Assembly: GCA_041659265.1 (NCBI GenBank)
Contig: JBAZYP010000007.1
Location: 9,928 to 73,927 of the forward strand
Direction of reading: 5' to 3'
DNA from: Candidatus Pacearchaeota archaeon
Lineage (GTDB): Archaea > Nanobdellota > Nanobdellia > Pacearchaeales > GW2011-AR1
DNA: 64,000 nucleotides
A program made the position numbers and the translations under genes. The notes under the pieces are model-generated. The model worked only from the letters and a program-made list of their open reading frames with translations, was not told where the DNA came from and ran no database searches. This document shows positions 27,001 through 35,334 of this stretch, one piece after another. Within the stretch, counting starts at the first letter, position 1, and the number at the start of each line of letters is the position of its first letter.

Positions 27001-28322
27001 TAATTTTTAGCGCTTAATGCAGATGCACCAAGTTCCTTATTTGCAATACCATTTAAAACATCACTTCCACCAGCTTCTCTTATTTGATACATGGTATAAA
27101 TATCTCTTCTTTGTTCATGAGTTAATCCTTCATAGCTGCATAATCCATTAGGTCCATTAAAACTAACATTTGATTTTGAACTATCCGGTAAATTAATTGT
27201 TCCCTGCGCACTTTTGCAAAACTCATCAAACTTAACCTTAAATTTTTCTTCAACTTCTTTTGAATCAGTTTGTCCAGTGAAATCTAAAAAATCAGTTTGC
27301 TTAATTCCAACTTCATTTTGTATCTCCTGCATTATCCTATTAGTCTCTTGAACCTTATCAGAATAAATTTTAACATCATCTTGGATTTCTTTATTTTTTG
27401 ATAACAGACATTGTTGAAGACTATAAAATTTCTTTTCATTAACAAGTCTTTCACATATATCATTCCAACCGCCAGATGCAGTCATTATTGAATTTCTTGC
27501 TATAGATTCTCCAGTCATTCCATCTAAATAATTTTTTACAGTTAAAACAGCTGAAGTTGCAAAACAAGCAGCTTTCATTGCCTTAATTACCTTGCCTAAT
27601 TTATTATTTATATCACTCCATTGTTTCATTGCATTGGCAAGATTTTTCATCATCTCTTTAGTTCTTTCAGGGCTTAATTGAATTGCTCTTTTTTCTATTC
27701 CGACCTTGAATCTAAAACTTGACTGCGCTCTTGTTCCAAATGTTTTTGGTTTAATTATTAATTTAGCTTGCTTATTTAGATTAATTTTCATTAATTTTAC
27801 ATTCATTCCATCTAAAGAAATTTGTCTATTTTCAGGATTAATTCCAACTCGTTCAGTTCTAGAAGGAGCCTGCGTTCCATTAATTGATCTATCATACTTT
27901 ATCATAACATATTCATCTTCTATCTGAACTAATTCAATAGTTTTGGATTCATTTACAAAATCATATTTTCTTGTATCCTTGATTCCCATATTTTCCTCTT
28001 TTCCATTTATCAAGAATATAGCATTAGCATCATTTTTTGTTGGTTTTTTAAAATTTAAAACTTCTATTGTAAATTGCTCATTATTTAGAACAATGCTATT
28101 TCTAGATTTAGTTGTATCATACCTATTTAAGAAAGTTTTTTCATTTCGTACAACATAAGAATTCTTAGATTCAGGATATTTGCTTATAATTAAATCATAT
28201 AATTCTTGTGCTTTTGCATTCATTCCAAAATTTCTAGATAATCTTGCAGCCTCATATAATCCATAAGCAGCATAAGGATCTTCTTCCTCTATTCTTTTTT
28301 CATTAGGATATAATGATGCCAA
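24081..28322 (-). CDS. Large (at least 1413 aa) protein with a TPR-like N-terminal segment and a central Cys-rich region. It has no signal peptide of its own, and its frame stays open upstream to 28610.
   Basis: The ORF-track start is TTG at 28322. The same frame has no stop for 96 further codons, up to a TGA at 28611..28613. Cys-rich core: GKCTDFMSPQDCNIMFNVCDPVICPASRCDLGG... It is the third gene of the operon. Confidence 0.8.
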   Translation of the reverse strand: MASLYPNEKRIEEEDPYAAYGLYEAARLSRNFGMNAKAQELYDLIISKYPESKNSYVVRNEKTFLNRYDTTKSRNSIVLNNEQFTIEVLNFKKPTKNDANAIFLINGKEENMGIKDTRKYDFVNESKTIELVQIEDEYVMIKYDRSINGTQAPSRTERVGINPENRQISLDGMNVKLMKINLNKQAKLIIKPKTFGTRAQSSFRFKVGIEKRAIQLSPERTKEMMKNLANAMKQWSDINNKLGKVIKAMKAACFATSAVLTVKNYLDGMTGESIARNSIMTASGGWNDICERLVNEKKFYSLQQCLLSKNKEIQDDVKIYSDKVQETNRIMQEIQNEVGIKQTDFLDFTGQTDSKEVEEKFKVKFDEFCKSAQGTINLPDSSKSNVSFNGPNGLCSYEGLTHEQRRDIYTMYQIREAGGSDVLNGIANKELGASALSAKNYYETNQARLKAENDAKKYNLDIRTLTPVGDSYTLGEVKSILKSDSTHSVYKNFNEGANIIRVFIPFRKTFGNTDFVALGGIGGREVIVEMREVSGAPGSYTPNVQNGTLKVFSVDGTPVTGDALKSVQEYLSLSGLDRVKELNQKSYHNPMQDPTRLMIKYFDRAPYKGLPSEVPFDINEGWYVELTYILSGFGKPYDESGRVVNFYICNVGENGLIEFKKSADDICRYYNVDTGADPGFPGMTPAESRILISRAQQAIQDASKQYGKERITINGKTFSSGTTFGGSEGKCTDFMSPQDCNIMFNVCDPVICPASRCDLGGQYRVDDVIQSGVLGSLSLCLPNLKEGVMIPICLTGVHAGIESYISILNSTVQCLNESLITGRNVGVCDEIKSIYLCEFFWKQAAPFLNVIIPRVFESMYNQGVRGGGEYLTVKGAWDNTQKAVSYFTDTYAINSMKAFSGRTSEDVGTDICKSFVSFNVPGGNDFFSRLIEPDSPVQYTAWFSEDVMTTATIPPTSHYKVYYHIYAGKDMGSTYVVYLKDSPKLDYVNTMGSYVVARGYVSRGGQADEARDFTAPFGFKQLCISVNGKDECGFGKVSTSYLLNSMSDSYAEEQLKTGIKSEKECVAGSPSVYSLAQPNLQSGVEDAINPELYNSGIIRVCSSENPGKQVLSNGEYDPTKSVYDKWKEVGYCDDRTIKCWLDTDSAKNVIKNEQIEENTLGNINLKMLGEEDYLGDIESINIANQAEQDLKSLFILSTDDKITIEGKINPIANSLTRLVNIGSNNLHRARGQYLLANLYRKVAESLISKTNNNGDILTYSSNLLAETNTANEIIGDNFEETGINAEPSIENPVSENEPVEEVITYSDEILKKDVKIRLNFKNFFGSLSSTRIYRFDSRTNRWVSNDDSFDSKVGYVEGIRKLVENTGNGDEIVIERGSQDLVSIKNNLIEGDKTLSNKIFQVLNKMHTESQKV

Positions 28323-28570
28323 ATCTTCATAATTTGTTATAGACTTTTGATAATAATCCTGTGCAAGTTGATTGCTAACACTATTATCATCGTAATTCCA
28401 ATCTTTATCTATAGCTACAAGAACTTCTTCTAAAGTTATTCCAAAAGCACCTGAATTTTCTTCTAAAACTTGAACTTCAACTTTTTGATTTATTTCTGCT
28501 GTTGAAATTCCTGGAAGAATTCTTGCATAAGATTCTATTACTCTTTTTTTAATTATTTCTTTTAATTTAT

Positions 28571-30064
28571 TTAAATCATCATTCTTTGTTCTACATTTGC
28601 TACTATTGTCTCATAAACTTGCTTATCATCAAATTCATATTTACTTATAGAAAATTCATCTCTAACAACTACTGCATATCTTTTATTATTAATATCTTGG
28701 GATAAATAAGCAAGATAAATATTCCTATCATCTATTTTTTCACCCATCATTACTTCCGTAGATAAATCCCCAAGCTTAAATCGAGCTTTACCAGGATTTA
28801 ATATTAAATTAAAATTTCCTTCTTTGGTTGGACAACTTACAGAAACTTTTCCTCCACTGCCTAAAATTGTTAAATCAACTATCCTGCATTTATCATTAAG
28901 AATTCTATCCCCTTTGGAAACCCATATTTGTTCATCATTAACTTGCAATAAAGCACTTTCAACTGGAACACTTAACTTTTCTAATTGGACATTTAAACCT
29001 GCACCGCAATAATAACCATTTAAATAAATATCTTTTGAAGTTTCTCCAGTTTTTAATGTTATTAATTCTGCCTTAGTATTAATATCCTGATAAATAGAAA
29101 TTACAGCACTATCTTGAGTTATTGATTCTGCCCTGATATATCCTTTTCCATTCCAAAAAGAATAATCCTTATATTCTCTTGCCCAAGTTTCATCATTCAT
29201 TTGAGACATATAAAAATTTGTCATTCCGATTCCAAATGCTCCTTCACTATCATAATCTATTGTTGCAGTAATATTTCCATCAATAAATTCAGGCATATCT
29301 TTTTCAATAGGTTGTCTTGATAAAACAATAACCATATATCCAAGATCAGGATTAACTGGAGAACTTATTAAACTTCTTTCAGCTACATTTCTACTATTCT
29401 GCAATGCTACTCTAGCTGGAAAATAACTTATTCCAGAAACCCCTTTTGGATATTGACCACTAAAATGTATACTTCTAACTCTTGTTACATCTATTAAAGG
29501 ATTATATTGCATTGACATTAATTTGCAAAAAACAGGTACATTCTGTTCTTCTAAAAGATCAGACCTAACAACAGCAGGAGAACAACTTCCAGGAACAATC
29601 TGAACTAATATATCTTGTCTTGCTCTGCAATCATCCATATTAAAATCAGGCCAAAAAACTCCTGGACTCGTATATGAACTATAACTTCCATAATTAGGAT
29701 CGCTATATTGTCCATTATAAGCTCCACCATATCCGCCTGAAAAAGAATTATATCCACTTGAATAACCATTACCATTATAAAAATTTCCTGAATATGAATT
29801 TCCTCCACTAAAAGAACCTGCACTATTTCCAGAAGAATAAGTATTTGAATAACCATTGCTTCCATAATTTGTACCTTCATAAGTTTGACCACTAAATGAA
29901 TTTGTAGCACTATTAGAATTATAATTAGTAGAATAATCATTTCCGCCAGTAAATGTCTGAGATAATATTAAAACAATTGATAAATTAAAAAACATTATAA
30001 AGAATATTCCAAATATGCTAATCTTGCTATTTATCTTATAGAAATTATTAGTTTTATTCTTCAT
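28571..30064 (-). CDS. Membrane-anchored protein with a G/S/N/Y low-complexity region followed by a globular domain
   Basis: 497 aa. N-terminal TM helix ISIFGIFFIMFFNLSIVLIL, then about 100 aa of (G/S/N/Y)-only repeats. There is a 4-nt ATGA overlap with the upstream gene. Confidence 0.8.
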   Translation of the reverse strand: MKNKTNNFYKINSKISIFGIFFIMFFNLSIVLILSQTFTGGNDYSTNYNSNSATNSFSGQTYEGTNYGSNGYSNTYSSGNSAGSFSGGNSYSGNFYNGNGYSSGYNSFSGGYGGAYNGQYSDPNYGSYSSYTSPGVFWPDFNMDDCRARQDILVQIVPGSCSPAVVRSDLLEEQNVPVFCKLMSMQYNPLIDVTRVRSIHFSGQYPKGVSGISYFPARVALQNSRNVAERSLISSPVNPDLGYMVIVLSRQPIEKDMPEFIDGNITATIDYDSEGAFGIGMTNFYMSQMNDETWAREYKDYSFWNGKGYIRAESITQDSAVISIYQDINTKAELITLKTGETSKDIYLNGYYCGAGLNVQLEKLSVPVESALLQVNDEQIWVSKGDRILNDKCRIVDLTILGSGGKVSVSCPTKEGNFNLILNPGKARFKLGDLSTEVMMGEKIDDRNIYLAYLSQDINNKRYAVVVRDEFSISKYEFDDKQVYETIVANVEQRMMI

Positions 30065-31992
30065 TCAAAACTTATTGATAATATAGTGTTTTCAACACTA
30101 TTGAAATTTAATTGAATATCTTCAACCTTATTAGGAATTCCAAAAGTCTGTGGAATAATATTTAATATCTTTGAATTTTTTAATTCAGATTCAGAAATAT
30201 AATAATTAGATTTTCCTCCACCAGATACTGCTGAACTTACTATTTGCTCAGGTATTTCCAGATTAAAGCATTTTTGTTCACTCATTCCAAATGCACCAAG
30301 TATTCCTTCTTTAGGAACATCAACGCACTTATGTTCATTAGTCCCTTCAAGACTTATGCTGGAATTAGAATATACATAAGCTTTTATTTCATATTGTCCC
30401 TCGCTAATTTCAATTTCTTTTTGTTCAGGATAAGAAATTGAAAAAGATTCTTTATCTTTAGTAAAAGTTATCAATGAATAATCTTCGCTTCCTAGATTTT
30501 GAAGATTTATATTTAATTTATACTTTTTCTGCATTACAATTTGAATATTATCCTCATTTAAACTTGTTACCATATATTTCTCAGTTTTATATCCGGGACT
30601 GCTAGCAACTATAAATCCATTAACACACTGAGGGAAATTTGCAATAAGTACAGAATCACTAGAATTTCTAGACATCACAGTCTTTCCAATATTGCAACTT
30701 GTTGCTAAACATTTGAAATCAATATTTGCATTTACCGGTTCAAGATCATTATTATAAGTATAAACAGTCATCTTTTTTGTTTTATATTTGCATAATTCAG
30801 GAACAGAGTCAGGCATTGCACTTCCATTCAAAGGTTCTCGAGGTTTATTTTTATTTATAGATACAACAACTGGAAACTGAAACAATTCATCTTCATAATA
30901 AACTTGTACAAGAACTGGATAAGCTAAGTCATAAACAAAATGATATGCAACATAACAAAATCCTAGCATACCCATTCCTTCCTGATTTCCAACAGGTTCA
31001 GCCATCATTAACCCTTCTTCAGAGGGATATACTTCAAATTTCATAGGCCAATTTCTAGAATACATAAAATTAACATTACTATCTACTTTTTCATCAATAT
31101 CAACAATAAAATATTTATTATCCTCTTTTGAAAGTTCATAATAATTTCCACTTACTTTTGTAAATGGAACATTAGCTTCAAGTGCACCAATCAAATCTTG
31201 CCTAACATCTTCTTTTTTCCAAATCTTAGGACTGCATCCAATTTCATTTCCATCTACAGGAGCATATAATCTTAATGTATCAACTGCATAATTTTCTAAA
31301 AACATTCCTTCTTTTTGCTTTTTATAAATTTTCATTGCAGTCTTATAAAATTTTCCAAGATTTGTTTTTATGCTCCTAGAATGACTTGTACTAGACCAAC
31401 TTTCACTTTCATCACTGCTAATTGTTATAGGTTGTTTAACTTCTAAAGAAATTGTATTATCATTTATTTTTGTTTCAACAGATTCTGCTCTTCCAAGAAC
31501 AATTGAAAATCCTTCTTCTTGAAAATTAGAAAAATCACAATTAGGTATTCTTTTTGATAAAAAGAAATTCAATTGAGCTTCCATATTAGCTTTTGTTGGA
31601 ACTTGTTCCTTAACTAGGCCATTTCCAGATATATAATACCAATAAGGTACTCCCTCGCCAAAAAAATTCAATTGAGAAGAAAATGGCATATATTGCGAAC
31701 CTGGAGAAAATTCAGGTAAATCAATATATCCTCCAGAATGACCTAATAATTGAGAACCAATTCTTGCTTCTTCATCAATGCAAGATAAATAATATTCATA
31801 AACCGGTTTATATTTTTCAGGAACACTTGACCCAATATAACCTATCTGAAATGCGAAAAATAATGCAATTGCAGCAACTATAACAATGCCAATAATAATA
31901 AAGATTGTCAATTGTCCACGTTTTGAACTTATAAAATAATTTTTATTTTTTTCCATTACTTTTTTATATATTTTTACCTCTAAATAAAACAA
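30061..31992 (-). CDS. Large secreted protein with a type IV pilin-like (class III) signal peptide
   Basis: The ORF-track start is TTG at 31992; the likely start is ATG at 31956, giving MEKNKNYFISSKRG/QLTIFIIIGIVIVAAIALFFAF. This is a basic N-region, then RG-QL fitting the archaeal prepilin pattern [KR][GA][ALIFQMVED][ILMVTAS], then a 20+ aa hydrophobic helix. Confidence 0.7.
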   Translation of the reverse strand: MFYLEVKIYKKVMEKNKNYFISSKRGQLTIFIIIGIVIVAAIALFFAFQIGYIGSSVPEKYKPVYEYYLSCIDEEARIGSQLLGHSGGYIDLPEFSPGSQYMPFSSQLNFFGEGVPYWYYISGNGLVKEQVPTKANMEAQLNFFLSKRIPNCDFSNFQEEGFSIVLGRAESVETKINDNTISLEVKQPITISSDESESWSSTSHSRSIKTNLGKFYKTAMKIYKKQKEGMFLENYAVDTLRLYAPVDGNEIGCSPKIWKKEDVRQDLIGALEANVPFTKVSGNYYELSKEDNKYFIVDIDEKVDSNVNFMYSRNWPMKFEVYPSEEGLMMAEPVGNQEGMGMLGFCYVAYHFVYDLAYPVLVQVYYEDELFQFPVVVSINKNKPREPLNGSAMPDSVPELCKYKTKKMTVYTYNNDLEPVNANIDFKCLATSCNIGKTVMSRNSSDSVLIANFPQCVNGFIVASSPGYKTEKYMVTSLNEDNIQIVMQKKYKLNINLQNLGSEDYSLITFTKDKESFSISYPEQKEIEISEGQYEIKAYVYSNSSISLEGTNEHKCVDVPKEGILGAFGMSEQKCFNLEIPEQIVSSAVSGGGKSNYYISESELKNSKILNIIPQTFGIPNKVEDIQLNFNSVENTILSISFE

Positions 31993-32189
31993 TAAAATTC
32001 CTCATTTTTTAATATATAAAATAGCAAAACATCCTATATAAATATTATTAAAAAATATTTTTTTTCTTACAAATTTAAACATGGTCTTAACCAAGAAAAA
32101 TTGATTTGACATAGATATTATTGTAAATATCAACAATAACCATGTAAAATCAATTTAAAAGAACTTGGGATTTAGCCCAAGTTTAGATA

Positions 32190-32260
32190 TGGTCCCACCA
32201 AGAATTGAACTTGGGACTATTCCACGTCAAGGAATCGTTTTGCCACTGAACTATGGGACC
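32190..32260 (-). tRNA. tRNA-Val (anticodon GAC)
   Basis: Reverse strand: GGTCCCATAGTTCAGTGGCAAAACGATTCCTTGACGTGGAATAGTCCCAAGTTCAATTCTTGGTGGGACCA. The acceptor GGTCCCA/TGGGACC pairs perfectly, and the anticodon loop is UUGACGU. Confidence 0.9.
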
Positions 32261-32473
32261 AATATAGATTCTCTTTTCAAAAGAATTCTTGCTATTTTAA
32301 ATTTATCGTTATAGATGCTCTATCCAGAGTTTATATTTATAATTTAGTTTACAACTTTTTTTCCAAGATTTACTATTTAGAAAAAAAGCATTCTTCGTAC
32401 ATTTAGTACGAAACTGGCCAAAGTTCATTAAAATTTGGACAAAGCAGTTATAGAAAAGTATTTTAAATTTTAT

Positions 32474-33382
32474 TTAGGGAGTTTCTACGATTAATCTTCT
32501 TTTTCTTCTTCTTCTTTTGTGACTTCCTAGATATAAATATGCAGCAATAACTCCAAATAAAAATGCAAATAATCCCATAACATCCACACTAGGTGCGCCA
32601 ACGACTCCACCAGTAGGTGTAGCAAAGATTAAAAATATTAATATAAGACTACCAATTCCAAGTATTGCCATTGCATAAGACTCTAGGTTTCTTGATTTTC
32701 TTCTTTCATCAGGATTAATTAAATCATTTTTAACTGCCTTTAATGAATGTAAATTTAACATCGGATGCCTTCCAATATATTGTTCTCCTCTCTTAATTTT
32801 TTCATCAGCTTCAATTTTTGCTGCTTCCAATCTTTTTTCTGAAGATTCTATTCTTCTTTTTGCAGTTTGATAAATTTTTCTAGCAAGTTCATAATCCCCA
32901 ATTTTTTCAGCCCCAATTATAGCCATATTATAAATTTCTATTGCATCTTTTAATATTAATCTAGTATCTTGACCAACGCCTCTTCTTCTTGAATAATATT
33001 GTCTATTATCATTTCTTGGATCTTTTTCCCTATCAGGATGAGTATTTCTATCATGATTTACATCTGCTGCTTCCCTAATTAATTGATCAGCAAAACCTTT
33101 ATCTCTAATAATATCTCCTCGCGGAGTCTCATATGTAGAATAATCTGTTTTTAAACTTCCTTGTCTTCTTTCTTTATAACCTGCAGCAGGAAAATAAGCT
33201 CCTCCTCTTTCTTTATCTGCTTGCTCTCGTGCCATTTCAGTTCCTAACCTATAATTCTCTCTAACACTCTTTCCTCGATTAAAATAATAATAATTATCTA
33301 GATTTCTCTTATGATTAGTTTTTTCTCTAGCCATTCTTCCTCTTTTTATATTTTTTATATTAAATACATCATAAATAAGCAA
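32474..33382 (-). CDS. Charged R/E/K-rich protein with a C-terminal double TM segment; function unknown
   Basis: The ORF-track start is TTG at 33382; the likely start is ATG at 33334 (MAREKTNH...). C-terminal helices are AMAILGIGSLILIFLIFA and LFAFLFGVIAAYLYL, followed by a poly-Arg tail. Confidence 0.6.
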   Translation of the reverse strand: MLIYDVFNIKNIKRGRMAREKTNHKRNLDNYYYFNRGKSVRENYRLGTEMAREQADKERGGAYFPAAGYKERRQGSLKTDYSTYETPRGDIIRDKGFADQLIREAADVNHDRNTHPDREKDPRNDNRQYYSRRRGVGQDTRLILKDAIEIYNMAIIGAEKIGDYELARKIYQTAKRRIESSEKRLEAAKIEADEKIKRGEQYIGRHPMLNLHSLKAVKNDLINPDERRKSRNLESYAMAILGIGSLILIFLIFATPTGGVVGAPSVDVMGLFAFLFGVIAAYLYLGSHKRRRRKRRLIVETP

Positions 33383-33516
33383 TTCAAATTTTTAAATGTT
33401 TAGTTTAAATTATTTTTATTTTCATCCTTTTGCTTTTCTATTTTCTTTAACCAAGTTTAAATGAATAAATAATTTTAATTTGAAATTCATTTTCAAATTA
33501 AAGCTATCTTATCTAA

Positions 33517-33831
33517 CTAAAGTGAATTTTTCTTGTTCACTTTAGTTATTTTCCCCCTTTTGCTTATTTTTCCTCCCTTAACTTGCCCCCAATTACCCCC
33601 AATATATTCAACTTTAAAATAATCAGATTTTACTTTAGCAATAAAACAAAGATTTTCAAAAAAACTTTTTGGAATTAATCTTCGTTCAGTATAATAATTC
33701 TTTAAGGTAGAATAAGAAATATCAAATCCATACTGCAATATGCCCCTTAAAGAAATACAATTAAGTTTTTCTATAACTAAATCAAAAAATCTTCTTTGAT
33801 TTCCCTTAGAAAATACTACTCTTTCTTCCAT
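33517..33831 (-). CDS. Hypothetical small basic protein
   Basis: 104 aa ORF with a basic C-terminus, NWGQVKGGKISKRGKITKVNKK. No secure family assignment. Confidence 0.45.
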   Translation of the reverse strand: MEERVVFSKGNQRRFFDLVIEKLNCISLRGILQYGFDISYSTLKNYYTERRLIPKSFFENLCFIAKVKSDYFKVEYIGGNWGQVKGGKISKRGKITKVNKKNSL

Positions 33832-33891
33832 AGAATCAGATAATAAAGCAGGTATTTAAAAATAACTGCGACACCATATATAAGAAAAACT

Positions 33892-33899
33892 TTAAATAC
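33892..33899 (+). promoter_or_regulatory. TATA-box-like element (TTTAAATA) with an upstream GAAAAAC, upstream of rpl44e
   Basis: Same AAAACTTTAAATA word as upstream of rps8e, about 50 nt upstream of the ATG at 33948. Confidence 0.3.
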
Positions 33900-33947
33900 C
33901 CTAATTTTCATATCTTTCTGTTTAAAACCAATTAGTTTATTATAAAA

Positions 33948-34256
33948 ATGAAAATACCAAAGGCAACCAAAAGATTTTGTCCTTATTGCAAGAAAAAGAC
34001 TGAGCAAAAAGTTGACCTAGTTTCAACTGGTTTTAAAAGAGGAACTTTAGCAAGAGGATCATTATCAAGAGTAAAATTAAGAGGAAAAAATAGGGGCATG
34101 GGTAATCATGGAAAATATTCAAGAAAAGCTATTAAAGCCTGGAAACGTAAGACAAAAACAACAATGAGAAGAGTTATTATATATTCGTGCAAAATATGCA
34201 AAAAATCAAAATTATCAAAGAAATCGAGAAGAGTTTCAAAGATAATGGTAGAATAA
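33948..34256 (+). CDS. rpl44e: 50S ribosomal protein L44e (eL42)
   Basis: 102 aa. Zinc-ribbon Cys pairs are CPYCKKKT and CKICKK. The sequence is highly basic with a GKYSRK-type core. Confidence 0.85.
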   Translation: MKIPKATKRFCPYCKKKTEQKVDLVSTGFKRGTLARGSLSRVKLRGKNRGMGNHGKYSRKAIKAWKRKTKTTMRRVIIYSCKICKKSKLSKKSRRVSKIMVE

Positions 34257-34257
34257 G

Positions 34258-35079
34258 ATGGCTAAAAAAACAACAAAAGTATTAACAAAAAGAAAGAAAT
34301 TTATTGATGTAGACGTTCCTTTAATAAGAACAAAAGTTCCAATAATCGGCACTACAAATAAAGACCTAGTTAATAGAACAATTAAAGTTGATTTAACAAG
34401 ACAACTTAAAGGAAAAAGCGTTGAAGCTGTTTTCAAAATTTCATTAATAGATGATAAAGCAGTAGCTAATCCAATTGTAATAAAATTAATGCCTTATTTT
34501 ATCAGAAGAATGATTAGAAAAAGAATAAGTTATGTTGAAGATTCTTTCCAGATTCCAAGTCAAGAAAGTATGTTAATTTTAAAACCATTTTTAATAACAA
34601 GAAAAAAAGTTTCAAGAGTAGTAAGAAAAACTTTAAGAAATAAGACTAAAAACTGGTTAGAAGACTTTGTTTCAAGAAGAACTGATGAAGAAATATTTTC
34701 AGAATTACTTTCCAATAAACTGCAAAAATCTCTTTCATTAACACTTAAAAAAACTTATCCATTATCATTATGCGAGATAAGAACAATTCAAATAGTTAGA
34801 AAATTAAATCCAGAAGAAGTTCCAAAAATAACAGAGAAAAAAGAAGTTGTTATAGAAAAAGGTTTAGACCAAATGGGCGAGATTGAAGATTTAATGGTAA
34901 AAAGAGCTGAAAAAGAAATTAAAGAAACTCAAGATAAAGCAACAGATATTGAATCACAAATAGATGAAGTTCAAGAAGAAAAGGTTACTGAAGAGAAAAA
35001 GGAAAAACCTAAAAGAACAAGAAAGAAAAAAGAAGAAAATACTGAAGCAATTTCTGAAGAAAAGCAAGTTTCAGAATAA
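34258..35079 (+). CDS. rps3ae: 30S ribosomal protein S3Ae (eS1) with a K/E-rich C-terminal extension
   Basis: N-terminus: MAKKTTKVLTKRKKFIDVDVPLIRTKVPIIGTT...NRTIKVDLTRQLKGKSVEAVFKI...YFIRRMIRKRISYVED. It starts 1 nt after the L44e stop. The last ~80 aa are a charged tail. Confidence 0.7.
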   Translation: MAKKTTKVLTKRKKFIDVDVPLIRTKVPIIGTTNKDLVNRTIKVDLTRQLKGKSVEAVFKISLIDDKAVANPIVIKLMPYFIRRMIRKRISYVEDSFQIPSQESMLILKPFLITRKKVSRVVRKTLRNKTKNWLEDFVSRRTDEEIFSELLSNKLQKSLSLTLKKTYPLSLCEIRTIQIVRKLNPEEVPKITEKKEVVIEKGLDQMGEIEDLMVKRAEKEIKETQDKATDIESQIDEVQEEKVTEEKKEKPKRTRKKKEENTEAISEEKQVSE

Positions 35080-35334
35080 AATTTTATTTTTTTCATATTT
35101 TTAAAACTTTTAATGAATAATTATAAAAAACTTATCAATTATTTCTAAATTATAACTTTGTCCAAAGTTATATAATTTTATTATTTTAGATATATATTTT
35201 CGTCTTATTTTTACTTATTTCTCCTCAAATAAAGGGAGAAAAAGTATAAAATAAGTGGATTAACATATTGCATTTATCCATTCTGGAAATCACATAAATT
35301 ATAGTGCCCTTTCAAAAATTCTAGTTTATTAGTT

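Noticed and set aside
26119-28158. Three plus-strand ORFs (26119..26316, 27706..27927, 27943..28158) antisense to the 1413 aa gene
   Set aside because: These are antisense shadows of a long, well-supported ORF.
28574-28610. Canonical -1 programmed frameshift site (X XXY YYZ heptamer) in the overlap between the 497 aa and 1413 aa genes
   Set aside because: Reading the zero frame (..gta gca aat gta gaa caa aga atg atg att taa), I found no slippery heptamer. The frame relationship is therefore reported as an anomaly, but a programmed frameshift is not claimed.
29605-29940. 111 aa ORF (MIILLIIILIVLQIHLVV...) on the minus strand inside the 497 aa gene
   Set aside because: It is an alternative-frame shadow of the G/S/N/Y low-complexity coding repeat. 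Its I/L/V/M-only composition is a frame artefact, and it lies fully within a better-supported gene.
33816-34436. ORFs 33816..34007 (-) and 34236..34436 (-), overlapping the L44e/S3Ae genes
   Set aside because: They lie antisense to conserved ribosomal protein genes or their promoter.
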